A stretch of DNA of 58,947 nt, filler included, from Sphacelaria rigidula (GCA_964200075.2; 7 parts of 7 records of this genome joined end to end with filler, not necessarily neighbours in it); one strand, 5' to 3'; positions 25,540 through 37,100 are shown, counted from the whole stretch's first letter. The notes: generated from the letters alone by a model not told the origin. Translations and numbers: made by a program.

Positions 25540-27090
25540 CCCCAGCAATGGGCGATATCATCACAGAGAATGGGTTACAAAGCCCATTGAACGAGGGGTA
25601 ATCGAACCCTCGACGTCTGCATGAGCAGCCGCGTGCGTCACGGTTCGAAGGAAGGACGGTAGTTTACTACTGTGTCAGGATTATCGCGGACTAAATGAAC
25701 TTCTAGCGTCGTACAGCGGTTGTTTGAGAGACATGCAAACCATGTACAGTGGGCTGGCAGGGTCGGGATGCTTCACATGTGTCGATTTGGAGAGCGGATT
25801 TATCCAGTTAGCGGTGGCGAAGGAGAATCGACACCTTACGGCCTCTCGATTTGCAAGGGGGCACCTTTGGCAGTACCGACGCTGTGGGTTCAGGCTTAGG
25901 GTGTTGCCAGCGACTTTTCACCGATCCGTATCCGATGCGTTGTTCCCTGTAAGAGGTGTCTAGAACTGGTTAGACGACATCTTGTGGCCTAGTGCGACCT
26001 TCCCCAGCCATATGAAGCAAGGTCTTCGTGAGATTGAGAGTACAGTATACGATTGAGAGTGAAACGCGATCAACTAGTGAATGAATCGTTTCAGTTCCGA
26101 AATGCCCCTCCACGAGCTCCATTATGCTTTCTGTAGTAGCTTGCCACTGAGGCCCTTGATATCCCTGAGTAGGATATCGACGTGTAGCTGTAATCACACG
26201 CCAGTGATAGAGGCAAAGGAAAGCACACATGGAATGAAAAATTGGCTAGGTTAAAGCGAATGACCAAAGCCACTCTCAATCAGCGCCCAACTCTCAATCT
26301 CACGAAAACGTTCTTATGACTGGATTGAGAGTCGTGTTGCATCGCTTGCTGAATGCGGATCTCACTGTGAACTCCCATGAATCACAGCGGTGCACACAGT
26401 AACAAGATTTTGTAGAGATGACGATTGATGCCTCGGGAATACAACCTTCGCAGTCTAAAATCGAGGCTATCGCTCAGTTGATGGAACCACGGAAGGCGGA
26501 GGGCCTGCGGTCGTGTTTGGGTATAACAAGTACCTTCGGCGATACATCAAGGGATCTAGCGCGCTGGCGGCACCACTCACTGATTCGCTGCGAGATAAAC
26601 GGTTTGCAACCAAGCAAGCGCGCAGGGTAATGATCCCACGGGGCCCACAACAACGACAAGTATTCCTGGGCCTGAAGAAGGCCCTGAGGCGGCATCCAAT
26701 GCTAGCGTGCGCAGACTGGAATGGCGGTTAGTTCTGCACTACGACGCGTCAGAATACGTGGCGGGAGCCACACTCGCCCAAGAAGCGGGAACGAGGGAAT
26801 GGATCATCGAGTAACATGCCAGTTATTAATGGTCTCGGACGGATGAGGGTAAGGCGGCGACGAAGAGAGAGGTAATCAATGTGCTGTGGTCTGTAGCACG
26901 GTTTAGATCTTATCTATGTGACGAGAGTTTACTCTGGTCATAGATTGTCGCGCGTTGACGTGACTGCTCCGCCGTCAGAACTTGTTACCCAAGGTTCATC
27001 GAATAGGCGCTGAGGTTGGTGAAGTACGACATGGTCCTTAGATAGACGACTGGGCAAGAGCACCAGCTGTCGGATGGCCTGTCTCGGCTG
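25540..27090 (+). pseudogene. Gypsy reverse transcriptase + RNase H (interrupted)
   Basis: The catalytic motif reads WLDD at 25967-25978. The thumb region reads MTIDASGIQPSQSKIEAI..LRSCLG..YLRRYIKG.SALAAPLTD. RNase H spans ~26730-27090. Confidence 0.9.
26016..26314. mobile_element. MITE inserted into the RT coding region
   Basis: TIR core TTCGTGAGATTGAGAG / CTCTCAATCTCACGAA, flanked by TATGA on both sides (26011-26015, 26315-26319). Excision restores the frame SHMTGLRVVLHRL. The same end occurs at ~25309-25360. Confidence 0.8.
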
Positions 27091-27360
27091 CAGGAGAACC
27101 AAGAAAGGGGATCCCACATTGATGTGTCATTCCGTGACGACACCACTGAAAGTCTACCGGGCGGAGAGGAAGGATCACAGGGATCCAAGCTGAATGGAGT
27201 ACTTCTGAAGGAACTTGAGGCTAATTTTCCTCAAGCGACCGCGGATGTCATGGCACTAGTATTAGAGGGGGTCAGGGCGTTATTTTCATCGGAAGCGGCT
27301 GACACTGCCACCAAAATCTCCGACAGTGCGGTGCCGGGTCCGGAGGAGCGACGACCTCCA

Positions 27361-28233
27361 GCCCTTGTCGTCCACTGCGGAGGCGGTGAGAGTGTGCTAG
27401 CAGCCGAAGAGGTTTTGAAAGTGCTAGCTGCCACTGATGCGGATTGGAAAGCAATGGATTATGTCAGAGTAAACCAGATCGGGAAAGGGGTGCGGTTAGT
27501 ACGTAAGACACCGGAAGACGGTGTTTCCATAATCTTGTGGAGGAAGTGCAACCAGAGGTAGTTGTGGAGGATGCGAGTCGGGTTATGCCAATCGATCGAA
27601 CTGTTCCGGAGTCGGAATCAGTCATTGCCAACAAGGAGTTAGTCGAGTCGTTCTTCTCTTCGATTTCTGTGACAATCTTAATCGTGGAGGATACGGCTGC
27701 GATGTCCAGCTGGAAGGAAGTCGTTGCTCCGTTGTTGAGCGGATCTGGTTGTCTTAAAAGAGCACGCTTCCGTCTCAGCCGTAGAGGTGGGCACACCATA
27801 CCGGAAGAGACGGACCGACGTCGCCGTGAAAGCTAATTGTGGACAGGAGGTGCAACTGCGAGCGTGGAGGCGACGTCTTAAAGCGTACGCAGTTGCCTGA
27901 CCCACATTGGCACAGCTGTTAGGCCGGGCAGGGACCTACGTTTTAGAGCCGACGGGACAAGGTAGGTCGACTCACGCATTTGAGGAGTCGATGCCCACGT
28001 TGTCTGGATCTCGACTGACACGAGGGAAACCAAATCGCGAGGAATTCATGCCCCACAAAGCTGACGCAGGGGGATGGGAAGAAGCAATCGAAGTGGAGAC
28101 GATCGATTTTGTAAAGGTTGTTACGACTCTCGACTGTTACGGAACACCGCCTACTGTCAATGACGATGCAATGTCGGAGATGGTGGCGAGTTTCGTTCTC
28201 CCGTGGGTGACTGAGGCGGTGTTAGCCAGCTTG
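27361..28233 (+). pseudogene. C5 DNA cytosine methyltransferase-like domain inside Gypsy pol (2 frameshifts, 1 stop, catalytic PC motif not recognisable)
   Basis: Motif-like blocks occur in the correct order: I/II ALVVHCGGGESVLAAEEVLKVLAATDADWKAMDYVRVN; IV position PEVVVEDASRV; VI ILIVEDT; VIII VSAVEVGTPYRKRRTDVAV; TRD-like AFEESMPTL..FMPHKAD; IX/X DFVKVVTTLDCYGTP..MSEMVASFVLPWVTEAVL. Confidence 0.7.
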
Positions 28234-28599
28234 GAGGCGGAAGGTTTGCTGAGCTCAACTCGGTCCCGAAATGATGTAGATGAGGGTCTGAGTACGCCCG
28301 CAGCGATGTGGCCTTACGACGAAGCGAATGTACCGGAGGATTGGGGAGCCGCGGTGACCCGTTCGTCGGCTCGAGATTCCGGTCGGGACTCTGATTAAGA
28401 GGCCTGTAGGGAGGAGGTTTCACACGGGGAGCCACAGCTGCAGGATCCCAGTACGCCCCCCACAGCTCTCGAGCAAGCATGAGATATCTTGCTGGATAAG
28501 CCGCGGCTAGCGCAGCTCGATGGACGAGATTCACGGCTTGGGCGCACCAAAGTCACATTACTACAGAAAGACTGTGCGGATATTTGTCAGGAGTAGGAA

Positions 28600-29740
28600 G
28601 CGTATGTTCTGGATGGTGATGGCCTATTGTGGTATATACCACCTAGAGCACCAGCTGAACTGGCTGTTCCACGCAGTGTGGTGCCTGGCTTGCTGACATT
28701 AGTTCACAGAACGAACGGGCATGTCGGGGTTATGAGGACAACTGCGGTAGCCAGTACACGCTGTGAGTGGCCCGGCCTGTTCGTCGATACTCGCAAATGC
28801 GTACTGCCTTGCGGTCGTCTTCGACGTAAGCGCACTAACAGCCATACTATAGCGATGCGGCCGGCCCGATTCGTGCTGCCATGGGAGGAGGTGATAGAGA
28901 TGGACATATCCGACATGAAGCAGATCCCCACTACGGGGAACCGGTAGTACTTGTTGTTCGTAGCGGGTTGGGCGACCAAGGGTCTCTTCACTTTCTCGCT
29001 AGCAGCCAAGGTCAACGAATCTGTAGCCAAGTGTCTGCTCAAGCTCTTCTTGACGTTTGGGGTACCCTATTTTCTGAGGAGTTACGCTGGGGGGGAGTTC
29101 ACTTCGGAAGTAGTGAGCCATGTATGCCAGTGGATGAAGGTGAAGCTGGATCATGGTCCTGCCGAACATCCTCGCGGTCAGGGTGCCGTAGAAAGGTATG
29201 GAGTGTGGTTACACGGAATCTTGGCCCATTCATGCAAGCATTCGCTTGGAAGGTGGGACGAGTATGTGGATTCCGCGGTATGGATTCACCGCACTACCCC
29301 TGATTCGTCACTGTCAGACAACCCCACACCATTCAATCTGCGTTTTGGGCGCGAGCCTCGTACCCAAATAGACGCTGTTTCATCAGAAGCAGAGTCATCA
29401 CCACTGAATAATATGGCGGAACAGCAACGACATAACCTGAAGGAGGTTCAGAAGTTACTAGCTCAACGACACCAACAGAGGAATGAGGTGAGATCAGCTA
29501 GGAACGCGGAGATGACCCGTCAGTCGGTCGGAACACAAGCTCAGGTAGGGGATAGATCTGTTGCTAGTAAAATAATCAGACAGTTCTCTTATGAAAGAGA
29601 ATGTGCCGGCCAAATTTGTCCATGATCTATGGACAGGGCCATGTATATTGCAACAACTGGTGATACCGGGTCTCAGCCTCAAAGTCAGGATGTATCGGCG
29701 CAAGGTTCGCGAGCGGACGGTGTCCGCGGCCAACCTGAAG
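28600..29740 (+). pseudogene. Gypsy integrase (HHCC, DDE core, GPY/F region), inactive
   Basis: The second catalytic Asp is replaced (RSYAGGEF), there is a TAG at 28945, and the GPY/F-like segment reads WTGPC. Confidence 0.9.
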
Positions 29741-30768
29741 AATTTCATGTGCGACCAGAACACTTACAGCACTCATTCCCAGATGAATACTCACAGTTAG
29801 CGTGCGAGACTAATTTGGGACTGGCGGCGGATATTGCGCTAGAGTCACCGTTACACTCTGACGAACAGGAAAGTGGTGTTAGGAACGGGATCGTCATGGT
29901 TATGACAGTATCGGGGGTTGCATCATGATGGAGCGGAGTCACACTGGCTATCCGAAGAGGCTTTCGGTAGCGTCACCGGGCTACAACTGGTCGTATTCCA
30001 TGCCTTGTGGGGATTGTATTGCCCCCAAGCCCGTCCGCACTCATACACTACGCCATCCCGAGCCGAGAGAGACGCTATCTCTTGGGATTAAGCGTTCCAG
30101 CAGGTTCCCCGAGGTACGAAAATCCGTGAACGGTTTACGGACAGCAAAGGTGAGTAGCGGAAATATGAAGGGGTGGTATTCGATTTCCGTCAGCCGTACT
30201 ATCGTGTTTAGTATGAAGGTTGAGATTGGGAGGAGATGATCCAGTTACGCAGGTGACAACGTATATGGCGGACAACTTGAACGCATGAGTATTTCGCGGG
30301 CCGAATGCGACACTCAGCCAGAATGAGAGTGCAAGGCGTGATGACGACTGAGATGAGTTGTGAGCCCAAGAAGGAGAAACGCTTTTTCTCGGGCAACGGC
30401 AACTTATCTTCGAAGGGTATCAGCGTTGCGGCGTGAATACATACAGTATAGTACAGTATTGTGCAGTACGCCTCTCCGACTGCAGCATTGTGCAGGTTCA
30501 CAATAAACGTTTATGTGGAAACTTGTCGTTTCTGGAAAGGGTTTTTGAAGCCGCACCTCACAGTCTATAAAACGGGGGACGCTCACGTTGAAAAACAGGG
30601 GGGGTGGGGAGCGACCGAAAGAGAGACGCTGGTCATATAAGCCAAGGCAACTGAAGGAAAGGAGCCTTTTGGAAGGATGGCAGCGCGCAGGAGGATGGCA
30701 GGAGTAGAGCCGAGAAGGTTCTGAGGTAGTGCTAGGGTGCGCCTTGGTATCGGTTGATCCCCAGCTGA

Positions 30769-32217
30769 TTGCCCGGAGAGCCTGCCAAAAAATGCGGCGC
30801 AATTACTGCCTCAGACGGGAGAATTGCAAGAGGGCTGGTTCAAGGTTGGCCAGCCGCGATCAAGGAGAGGAGTCTACGAAGGACTTCAAAACATGGTGAG
30901 AGCTGCGTGACAAGAGGTGGTCGTCATAGTGTGGTGACAACGCTCGTCTTGGTGTACGGGCAGAGTTACAGTTTCTGTGCTTGGGAGGCAGCTGAATGGT
31001 CTTTACATTTTAATTCTTTTGTTGACATGGCAAGGCTCAGGATCAAGCACCTGATTGTGCCAAGCACACAGAAACTGTCGTCAGCGGCTGGCCGGCGCGC
31101 CACGGCTGCGGCCGCCGCAGCGGGTAGTGGCGGTTCTGGTTCGAAAAAGCCTCACAAACTTTGCCCTACCACAAAAGAGCTGTCGTCAGCGGCTGGCCGG
31201 CGCGCCGCTGCTGCAGCAGCCGCTGATGAGCCAAATAGGGCGCCCAACCAAAATGCAGTGTCCCAAGGCTGTTGGCGATGTGTGGGCCGAGGCTGTCATA
31301 GGTGCGACGCTTATGATCCTACGGTGGGAGCGAGTACAGCTCCGGAGAAATCTCTGCTTCAAGGAGAGGTGCATTCCAAGTTGACGGATTTAGATCCGCG
31401 CGGTAGACTTATGTTCGACGACGAGAGTGTAGCTGAGGACACGCCTTGCATGCTCGAAGCTGAAGGATGCTGTTATTCGCGTCATGCGGACGAGCAAAGG
31501 GGGCTTGGGACTCGCCATACTCATAGCAAATCTCCGTGCGCCGACGATATGGCGGGAGATGGTTCAGATGATTCGCAGGGGTGTCTGTTTGAAGGGGAGC
31601 TGGATGCACCGTTGGTGGAGTTGCCGCCGAAGCGGTGTGGCGCTGTGGACACGCCGTGCATGCTGGAAACAGCAGGGGTGTGTGATCCGCGTGAAGCAGG
31701 GAGGCAGAGCGAGCTTCAGGCTTGTGATGCTATTAGCGGTCATAATTCTTACAACGACGTCGAGCGTTGCGTAGTGTTGGGGTGGTCGTATGCACTGCTA
31801 TTTACATGGACAGGTTTGTCGTGCTTGGCGGCGTTGATCGAGGTGTCTATGCCGCTGCACGGTCAGGTGTTTGAGGAGGATGGTGTGATGCCATTGGGAG
31901 GCGTTGCTGTGCGGGACTGTATAGCTGTTCCCGTTTCGCCTCTCGTTTTCTCTGAAGAAACGATTGAAGCACGAGCTTTCGCTGATGCTCAAGCATCTGT
32001 GGGGGCAGAGAATATATCGCATCGGTTTGGCGGTGCGGATTTACCTTTCAGAGGCGTGTTCAGCTACACCATGGGGGTGCCAGGTGTAGCTAGACTGAAG
32101 GTACAAGGAGGGAGTGCCCGAGAGGAAAGGCTGCTCTACGCTGTGCACGGGGTTGTGGTTCGAGTGCTGCTGCTTCTCAGGAGCGGGATGGAGGACTACA
32201 AAGAAGGCATTACCTGA
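30769..32217 (+). CDS. Intronless 482-codon ORF (first ATG 31027, 396 aa), unknown product, possibly TE-associated
   Basis: Longest ORF in the window. Internal duplications (27-bp CTGTCGTCAGCGGCTGGCCGGCGCGCC twice; DTPCMLE twice) and a Cys cluster CWRCVGRGCHRC. No family recognised. Confidence 0.4.
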   Translation: MPGEPAKKCGAITASDGRIARGLVQGWPAAIKERSLRRTSKHGESCVTRGGRHSVVTTLVLVYGQSYSFCAWEAAEWSLHFNSFVDMARLRIKHLIVPSTQKLSSAAGRRATAAAAAAGSGGSGSKKPHKLCPTTKELSSAAGRRAAAAAAADEPNRAPNQNAVSQGCWRCVGRGCHRCDAYDPTVGASTAPEKSLLQGEVHSKLTDLDPRGRLMFDDESVAEDTPCMLEAEGCCYSRHADEQRGLGTRHTHSKSPCADDMAGDGSDDSQGCLFEGELDAPLVELPPKRCGAVDTPCMLETAGVCDPREAGRQSELQACDAISGHNSYNDVERCVVLGWSYALLFTWTGLSCLAALIEVSMPLHGQVFEEDGVMPLGGVAVRDCIAVPVSPLVFSEETIEARAFADAQASVGAENISHRFGGADLPFRGVFSYTMGVPGVARLKVQGGSAREERLLYAVHGVVVRVLLLLRSGMEDYKEGIT

Positions 32218-33643
32218 GGTTCTTGCTGTTGTGGTGGGCGCCGCGTTGGGTGCTGAGCAAGTGCTGAGGTGATTGAGTGCTTTTTGAAAATGAGGAAACA
32301 CTTTATGACTGGTATTCGCGAATCGTTTTGAGCATGATTGCAGCTTGCTATTGTGTAGTTTGTGGTCATGTTTGCGCATGAAACATGGTTGTTGAGCGAA
32401 TATGATCGTATCACGTGTGCAGGGTGAAAGTCTGGCGTACCCGTGGATATTTAGGATATGTGTGTCGTGCCGACCTGGTTGGCATGGACGATGCATGGTG
32501 TTTACTAGGAGGAAGGTCGCATTGCATGTGCTGGGTGAAATGCTGGCATGCATGTGTGGAATGTCCACTACATTATGTTAGTGCGCATGGTAACTGGCGA
32601 AGAGTCAGGGTGGGGAAAATTTTAATATACTGCTGTATGCTGGATAAGGTGAACCTCGTATATTCCGACTAACAGACCCGCGTCGGAGTTCTCTTTGTGC
32701 GGTTTGTGGGTCCTGGTTGTAGGAGATGGTGATTGCTGCTGTTGGCGTTACGATGAGCAGTAACTACGAAATGCGTAGGCTCGTATGTGCGCAAGGGAAA
32801 CGCGAGTGATGTTGTAGCTGAAGATGACTGATCGTTGGCTATGAAACTTCTATTGAGGGAATATTTCATTTCCATCTGGAAGGATCATGTGGATGGAGTG
32901 TCCGTTTGTCTAAGGAAGTGGTGCAGGTCAGGTGTACGTCTGCTGGGATATGAACTGCATTTTATATCGCGGTTGATCGACCGATGGGATATCGCGGTCC
33001 TGAATCCAAGTCGGGATATTCTATGTGGGTGCTTTCTGAGATGTACTCGGTAGAAATGAGTTTGAGAACGATATCACTAGGGGTTATCAATGATGGCGGA
33101 GGTCGAGATCCGTTTGCCGTTGTTGGATTGGTATACATGGCTTGAAAAGCTGTTCGAGCCACATTCTTTTTTTCTTCAGTATACTCATGAGTTGAGTGGG
33201 GCAATGAAGCTTTCACGAAGAAGAGGTGTGCGAGGCATACGTGTTCACGGAGTTGAATAAGCAAGAGGCCAGCTGCGTTCTCGACGCGTTGTATACTTAT
33301 TTGATTCTAGTTTCAGGTATATTGCTTGGCTATTGCACTCCGCTGCGCAGGTGTTAAACGTGCGAAAGAGGAATTTGTATGTTGAACGGTATCGAATGCG
33401 AGAGACGAATTGTCACGATGGCTTCAGACTTTGAAGTTCGTTGACGTTTCCATCTTTTTGCCGGTTGGGCGTCAGGAGACGTGTTTGAGGCATGGGTTTG
33501 AAAATTGGGCGTCAGCTATCGCTCCGTGACTCGGAGCGATGCAAGTAGCGTGATTGCGTGTTCATGATGAACATTACATACGTCGGACGAGCACGAGTGT
33601 CACTCGTGGCACTCGTGCTCGTTGGGCTGCTCGTTGGCCGAAA

Positions 33644-33743
33644 NNNNNNNNNNNNNNNNNNNNNNNNNNNNNNNNNNNNNNNNNNNNTTAATTAATTAAN
33701 NNNNNNNNNNNNNNNNNNNNNNNNNNNNNNNNNNNNNNNNNNN
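33644..33743. other. Artificial contig linker
   Basis: N44-TTAATTAATTAA-N44. Confidence 0.99.
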
Positions 33744-33795
33744 CGCAGGGGGAAGCGGTAGAGAAGGCGTAGCGGGGGGGATCAGGTCTCCCGGG

Positions 33796-33827
<32 letters not shown>

Positions 33828-34108
33828 GTTGTTATCGAAATGCATCGATTAGGCGGATCAGGGAAATGGATCCTGCTGAAAAAAGTGATTGGAGAGACAT
33901 CGCGAGGTCGATGGACTTGCAGCAGTGAGTATTGCCTTGCGTTCATCGTTCGAGTACGCTTTCTCAGCAAAACGAGTAATGGTTCAGATAAGAGAAGGAG
34001 AGCCCATCAACACACAGCAGTGAATGTGATATCATGAAAAGGGACTCTGGGAAATGACCTCGTCGGAGGCATGTCTTGGTTTCAGCCCTCCGAGACAGCA
34101 GCACGTAC

Positions 34109-37100
34109 CTTCGCTTCGCAGTATGTGTCGAAAGCGTCCAATAAGTCCTTCCGCAGCACCTCTTCCTGTCTCGACGACGCCTCCATTTTCTCCTTGGACT
34201 TTGCGAGAGCATCAAACGCCTCCTTGTACGCCCGTTTGGCTTCTCGCTCGCGCGTGACCAACCTGATTCCAAGCGATTGATTCATCGGTTGATTGATCAG
34301 CTGGTTGATCTGAGGTCTCACGTGCACTTCCCGCCACGACTTGAGGTGATGAGCCACCAAGCAGCGGAAGCGCTTAAGGCGATAAACTACGAAGCAGTAG
34401 TGGAAGTAAAAGGGGAAGCACAGCAACTATCGTGTGGTATATGCTGAAACCGCGCCGCCATTTTTTGCGCCAACCGTGGTTGAGGCTGATCAATCGCTTC
34501 CTTGTGTGTCCCCTTCGCCTGCGCCTCACGCGGGATCAGCGATTACCAACCAAAGAGGTTGATTGAATAGTTAATGGTCTCACATCAAACAATCTGCCGG
34601 TTTCTGACCCAGCCGTCATCACACGAGATGGATACATTTGAGGTGGGAGATTCAGGCGGAACGAAAGCCGCGGGACTAGCAGGAAGCGCAAGACTTCGCG
34701 CAGTCGAACAGCATACGATCGAAATCAAACGCCAGACATGGCTAAGCGCGAAAGTAAGTGAAGTACAGTAATTTGAGTACAAAACGCCTCTTTGTATGCC
34801 CGTTTTGTTTCCCGCTTGCGCTTGACGGAAGTAACTATACATCAGGCCAAGAAGCACCAAGATAACGCACTCATTGGAGAAGCGCACGAGTGAAACATGC
34901 AAGGTTATCGGGGTAAGATGATTCGATGACAGAGCGTCGATGGGCTGCGTGGGTGCCCACCCAATGTTCCAAAATCAAGTACACCGGGAGTATGCACAAG
35001 AGGGGAGATGAGTTGATTGATCCGTAGATACTAGTCATTATCCATATGAAATCATCCCGAGGAAGAGAGAGGCGTCTGCCGGTTCGAAGAAATTAGGCAC
35101 AAGAAATAATGTCTACAAGCACAGGCAATTGAAACCGCCGAACATCGTTGGAGTAACGTGCTGTCGTGTCAGGCTGATTTCCGCGCCTGTTGCGACGTTT
35201 ATCGAATATCATACCGCGCCCATTCGGGCGCCTGCGTTGGTATGTCGAACATAATCAATGTATCGAGTATCGAGTTTGATTCTTTCTGGGAAATGGTTTC
35301 AGATACGTCGGTGACGGAGGCAATCCCACATGTGTGTCAAGGATGCGCGTATATATTGCGATATATGAAATACACCAGGCCAAAATGTCGATATTACTTG
35401 ACAGAAACAAAGGAGAAGGAATTCGGAGGATCAGTCAGTAGTGACTCGATATACTCAATGAATACTTCCCTGCCGGTGTATGGCAGAACAGCTTGGTGCC
35501 TCGCTTCCGTAGGGTCCATGGATGAGAGGGTTGATACCCCAAATAGTGCGGTCGTTGTAGATGACCCGCAATCTTTCCCCTCGGCCTTTTGTTTTCTACG
35601 GTTGGTTGGATATCAGAGTGGCTCTGTGCAAGCCTTTTCCATCGAAGCCACGTGGCGGAGACCGGCCATTTATTTATTTTTTTACTCAGTTTGTTCTGTC
35701 GCTCTAATCTACCTTTTCTGTTTCTCTTTTCTTTTCAGCCTCTGTTTTGGTTTCGTTTTCTGTCTGGGGCACGCCTATCATGAGACCACGGCTGGACCCC
35801 TGGGGGGTCAGTTAAAGTACGACAATCAAATCAAATCAAATCAAATCAAATCAAATCAAATCAAATTAAATGTTATGATAGATCGAACATCACACCTAGC
35901 CAATTTGGCACCAACGGTAACATATCGAAAACAATATCAGGTTAGCGTAGCGCGCCTACTGCAGAATGTCGAACATCGTACTGTTCGATGAATATGCAAC
36001 GAACGACCAAGCAATAACCTCATCAAATAACAAACATTTATTCATCTTGTTTTTTTTTTTTTCCCTGTGAATTATCGGGCCAGTTTTGGCGCCTGATGAA
36101 TATCCCTACCCCCACTCGGACTTACTGAAACTCCTCCTCGTCCATGACGTCATCCGCGGCTCCTTTTACGTCGGGCAGAGATGGTCTCTTCTCCCGCTTT
36201 TTACGAACCGACACCTGCCACCGAGTAACATATTTCCATTTTCGAAGAAGAGCGAGTCACACAACAATACGCGGATGTAGATGTGTACACAGACATGCAC
36301 ACGGTTATTCAGTCGACAAACGATGGTCTATGTGCAGCAAAACTGCACGTACCAATATTTTCCCCGCGCTTTCGGAAGCCTATAATTTTCTTCCTTGAAT
36401 CATACTGAAAAATTGGTACGTAGCTACATCATGACTGCAAACACAACCACAACCCCGCCACGTAACGCATATTCGTACCCGCAGTACCGACAGAGGACAC
36501 GTACTGGGCACGCCGTGTCAGACGTTTTTCTGAATATAATAATCTAGGACACTTTTTACGATAGCCCCCTTATAAAAAGTGGCTGGTTTGGGGAGGAAAA
36601 ATTTACACGTAAATCGAAATGAAAAAATACGGGCGTAACGAGCAGCCGAGAATAACAACGCTCGGGTTCGTTTTCACCTATGTCACCCACGTGAGGCGCT
36701 TCATGCAGTCTGGAACCAAACATCAGGCGCTGTATGACAGTTTTCTTCGTAACAGTTTTGGGTCGGCTGTGGGGGGGGGTATCGCAGAAAGTGTCTTGGG
36801 CACTTTATACCCGTGCAATCGCTGGGGGAAAATAATTCAAAACAGGAAAACATCAGCAGCCACGGACCAGGTGAACCAGAGTCTCGGGGGAAAACAAACG
36901 AAACTATAATGGAAATGCGTATTCTAGTTTCGGTATTACATGACGATCAGGATGGTGGCAGATGATTAGTGCTACCTCTTGTCTCGTAAAAGTATACGTT
37001 ACCCACCCGAAGATCGTCTATGAGTCTCTTCATTTCGTTCACGCTGGCAGCATGCTCTCTCACGCCTTCCCTTTGCGTCTTGGCCAGAGCTTTTGCAGCC

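Larger units (their letters stand above)
25540..30256 (+). mobile_element. Decayed Ty3/Gypsy LTR-retrotransposon pol: RT - RNase H - DNMT-like - integrase - chromo-like - Tudor-like. gag/protease and LTRs not seen
   Basis: Domain order is RT > RH > IN. RT: GVIEPSTSA*AAACVTVRRKDGSLLLCQDYRGLN..VDLESGFIQ..GFRLRVLPATF..NWLDDIL. RH: (T)DAS..G..LAQ..KREV..FRSYL..FTLVIDC..HQLSDGLSRL. IN: HRTNGHVG..WPGL..IEMDI..FGVP..GGEF..HPRGQGAVER..TPF..RFGREP. Many stops and frameshifts. Confidence 0.93.

Noticed and set aside
30256-30770. Polypurine tract and 3' LTR of the Gypsy element
   Set aside because: Purine runs exist (~30590-30610), but no TG...CA-bounded repeat or second LTR copy is available to confirm.
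35158-35991. 277-aa plus-strand ORF
   Set aside because: Runs through a T-rich LINE-like 3' end and the (TCAAA)n tail, inside an intron of the antisense KIF9-like gene.
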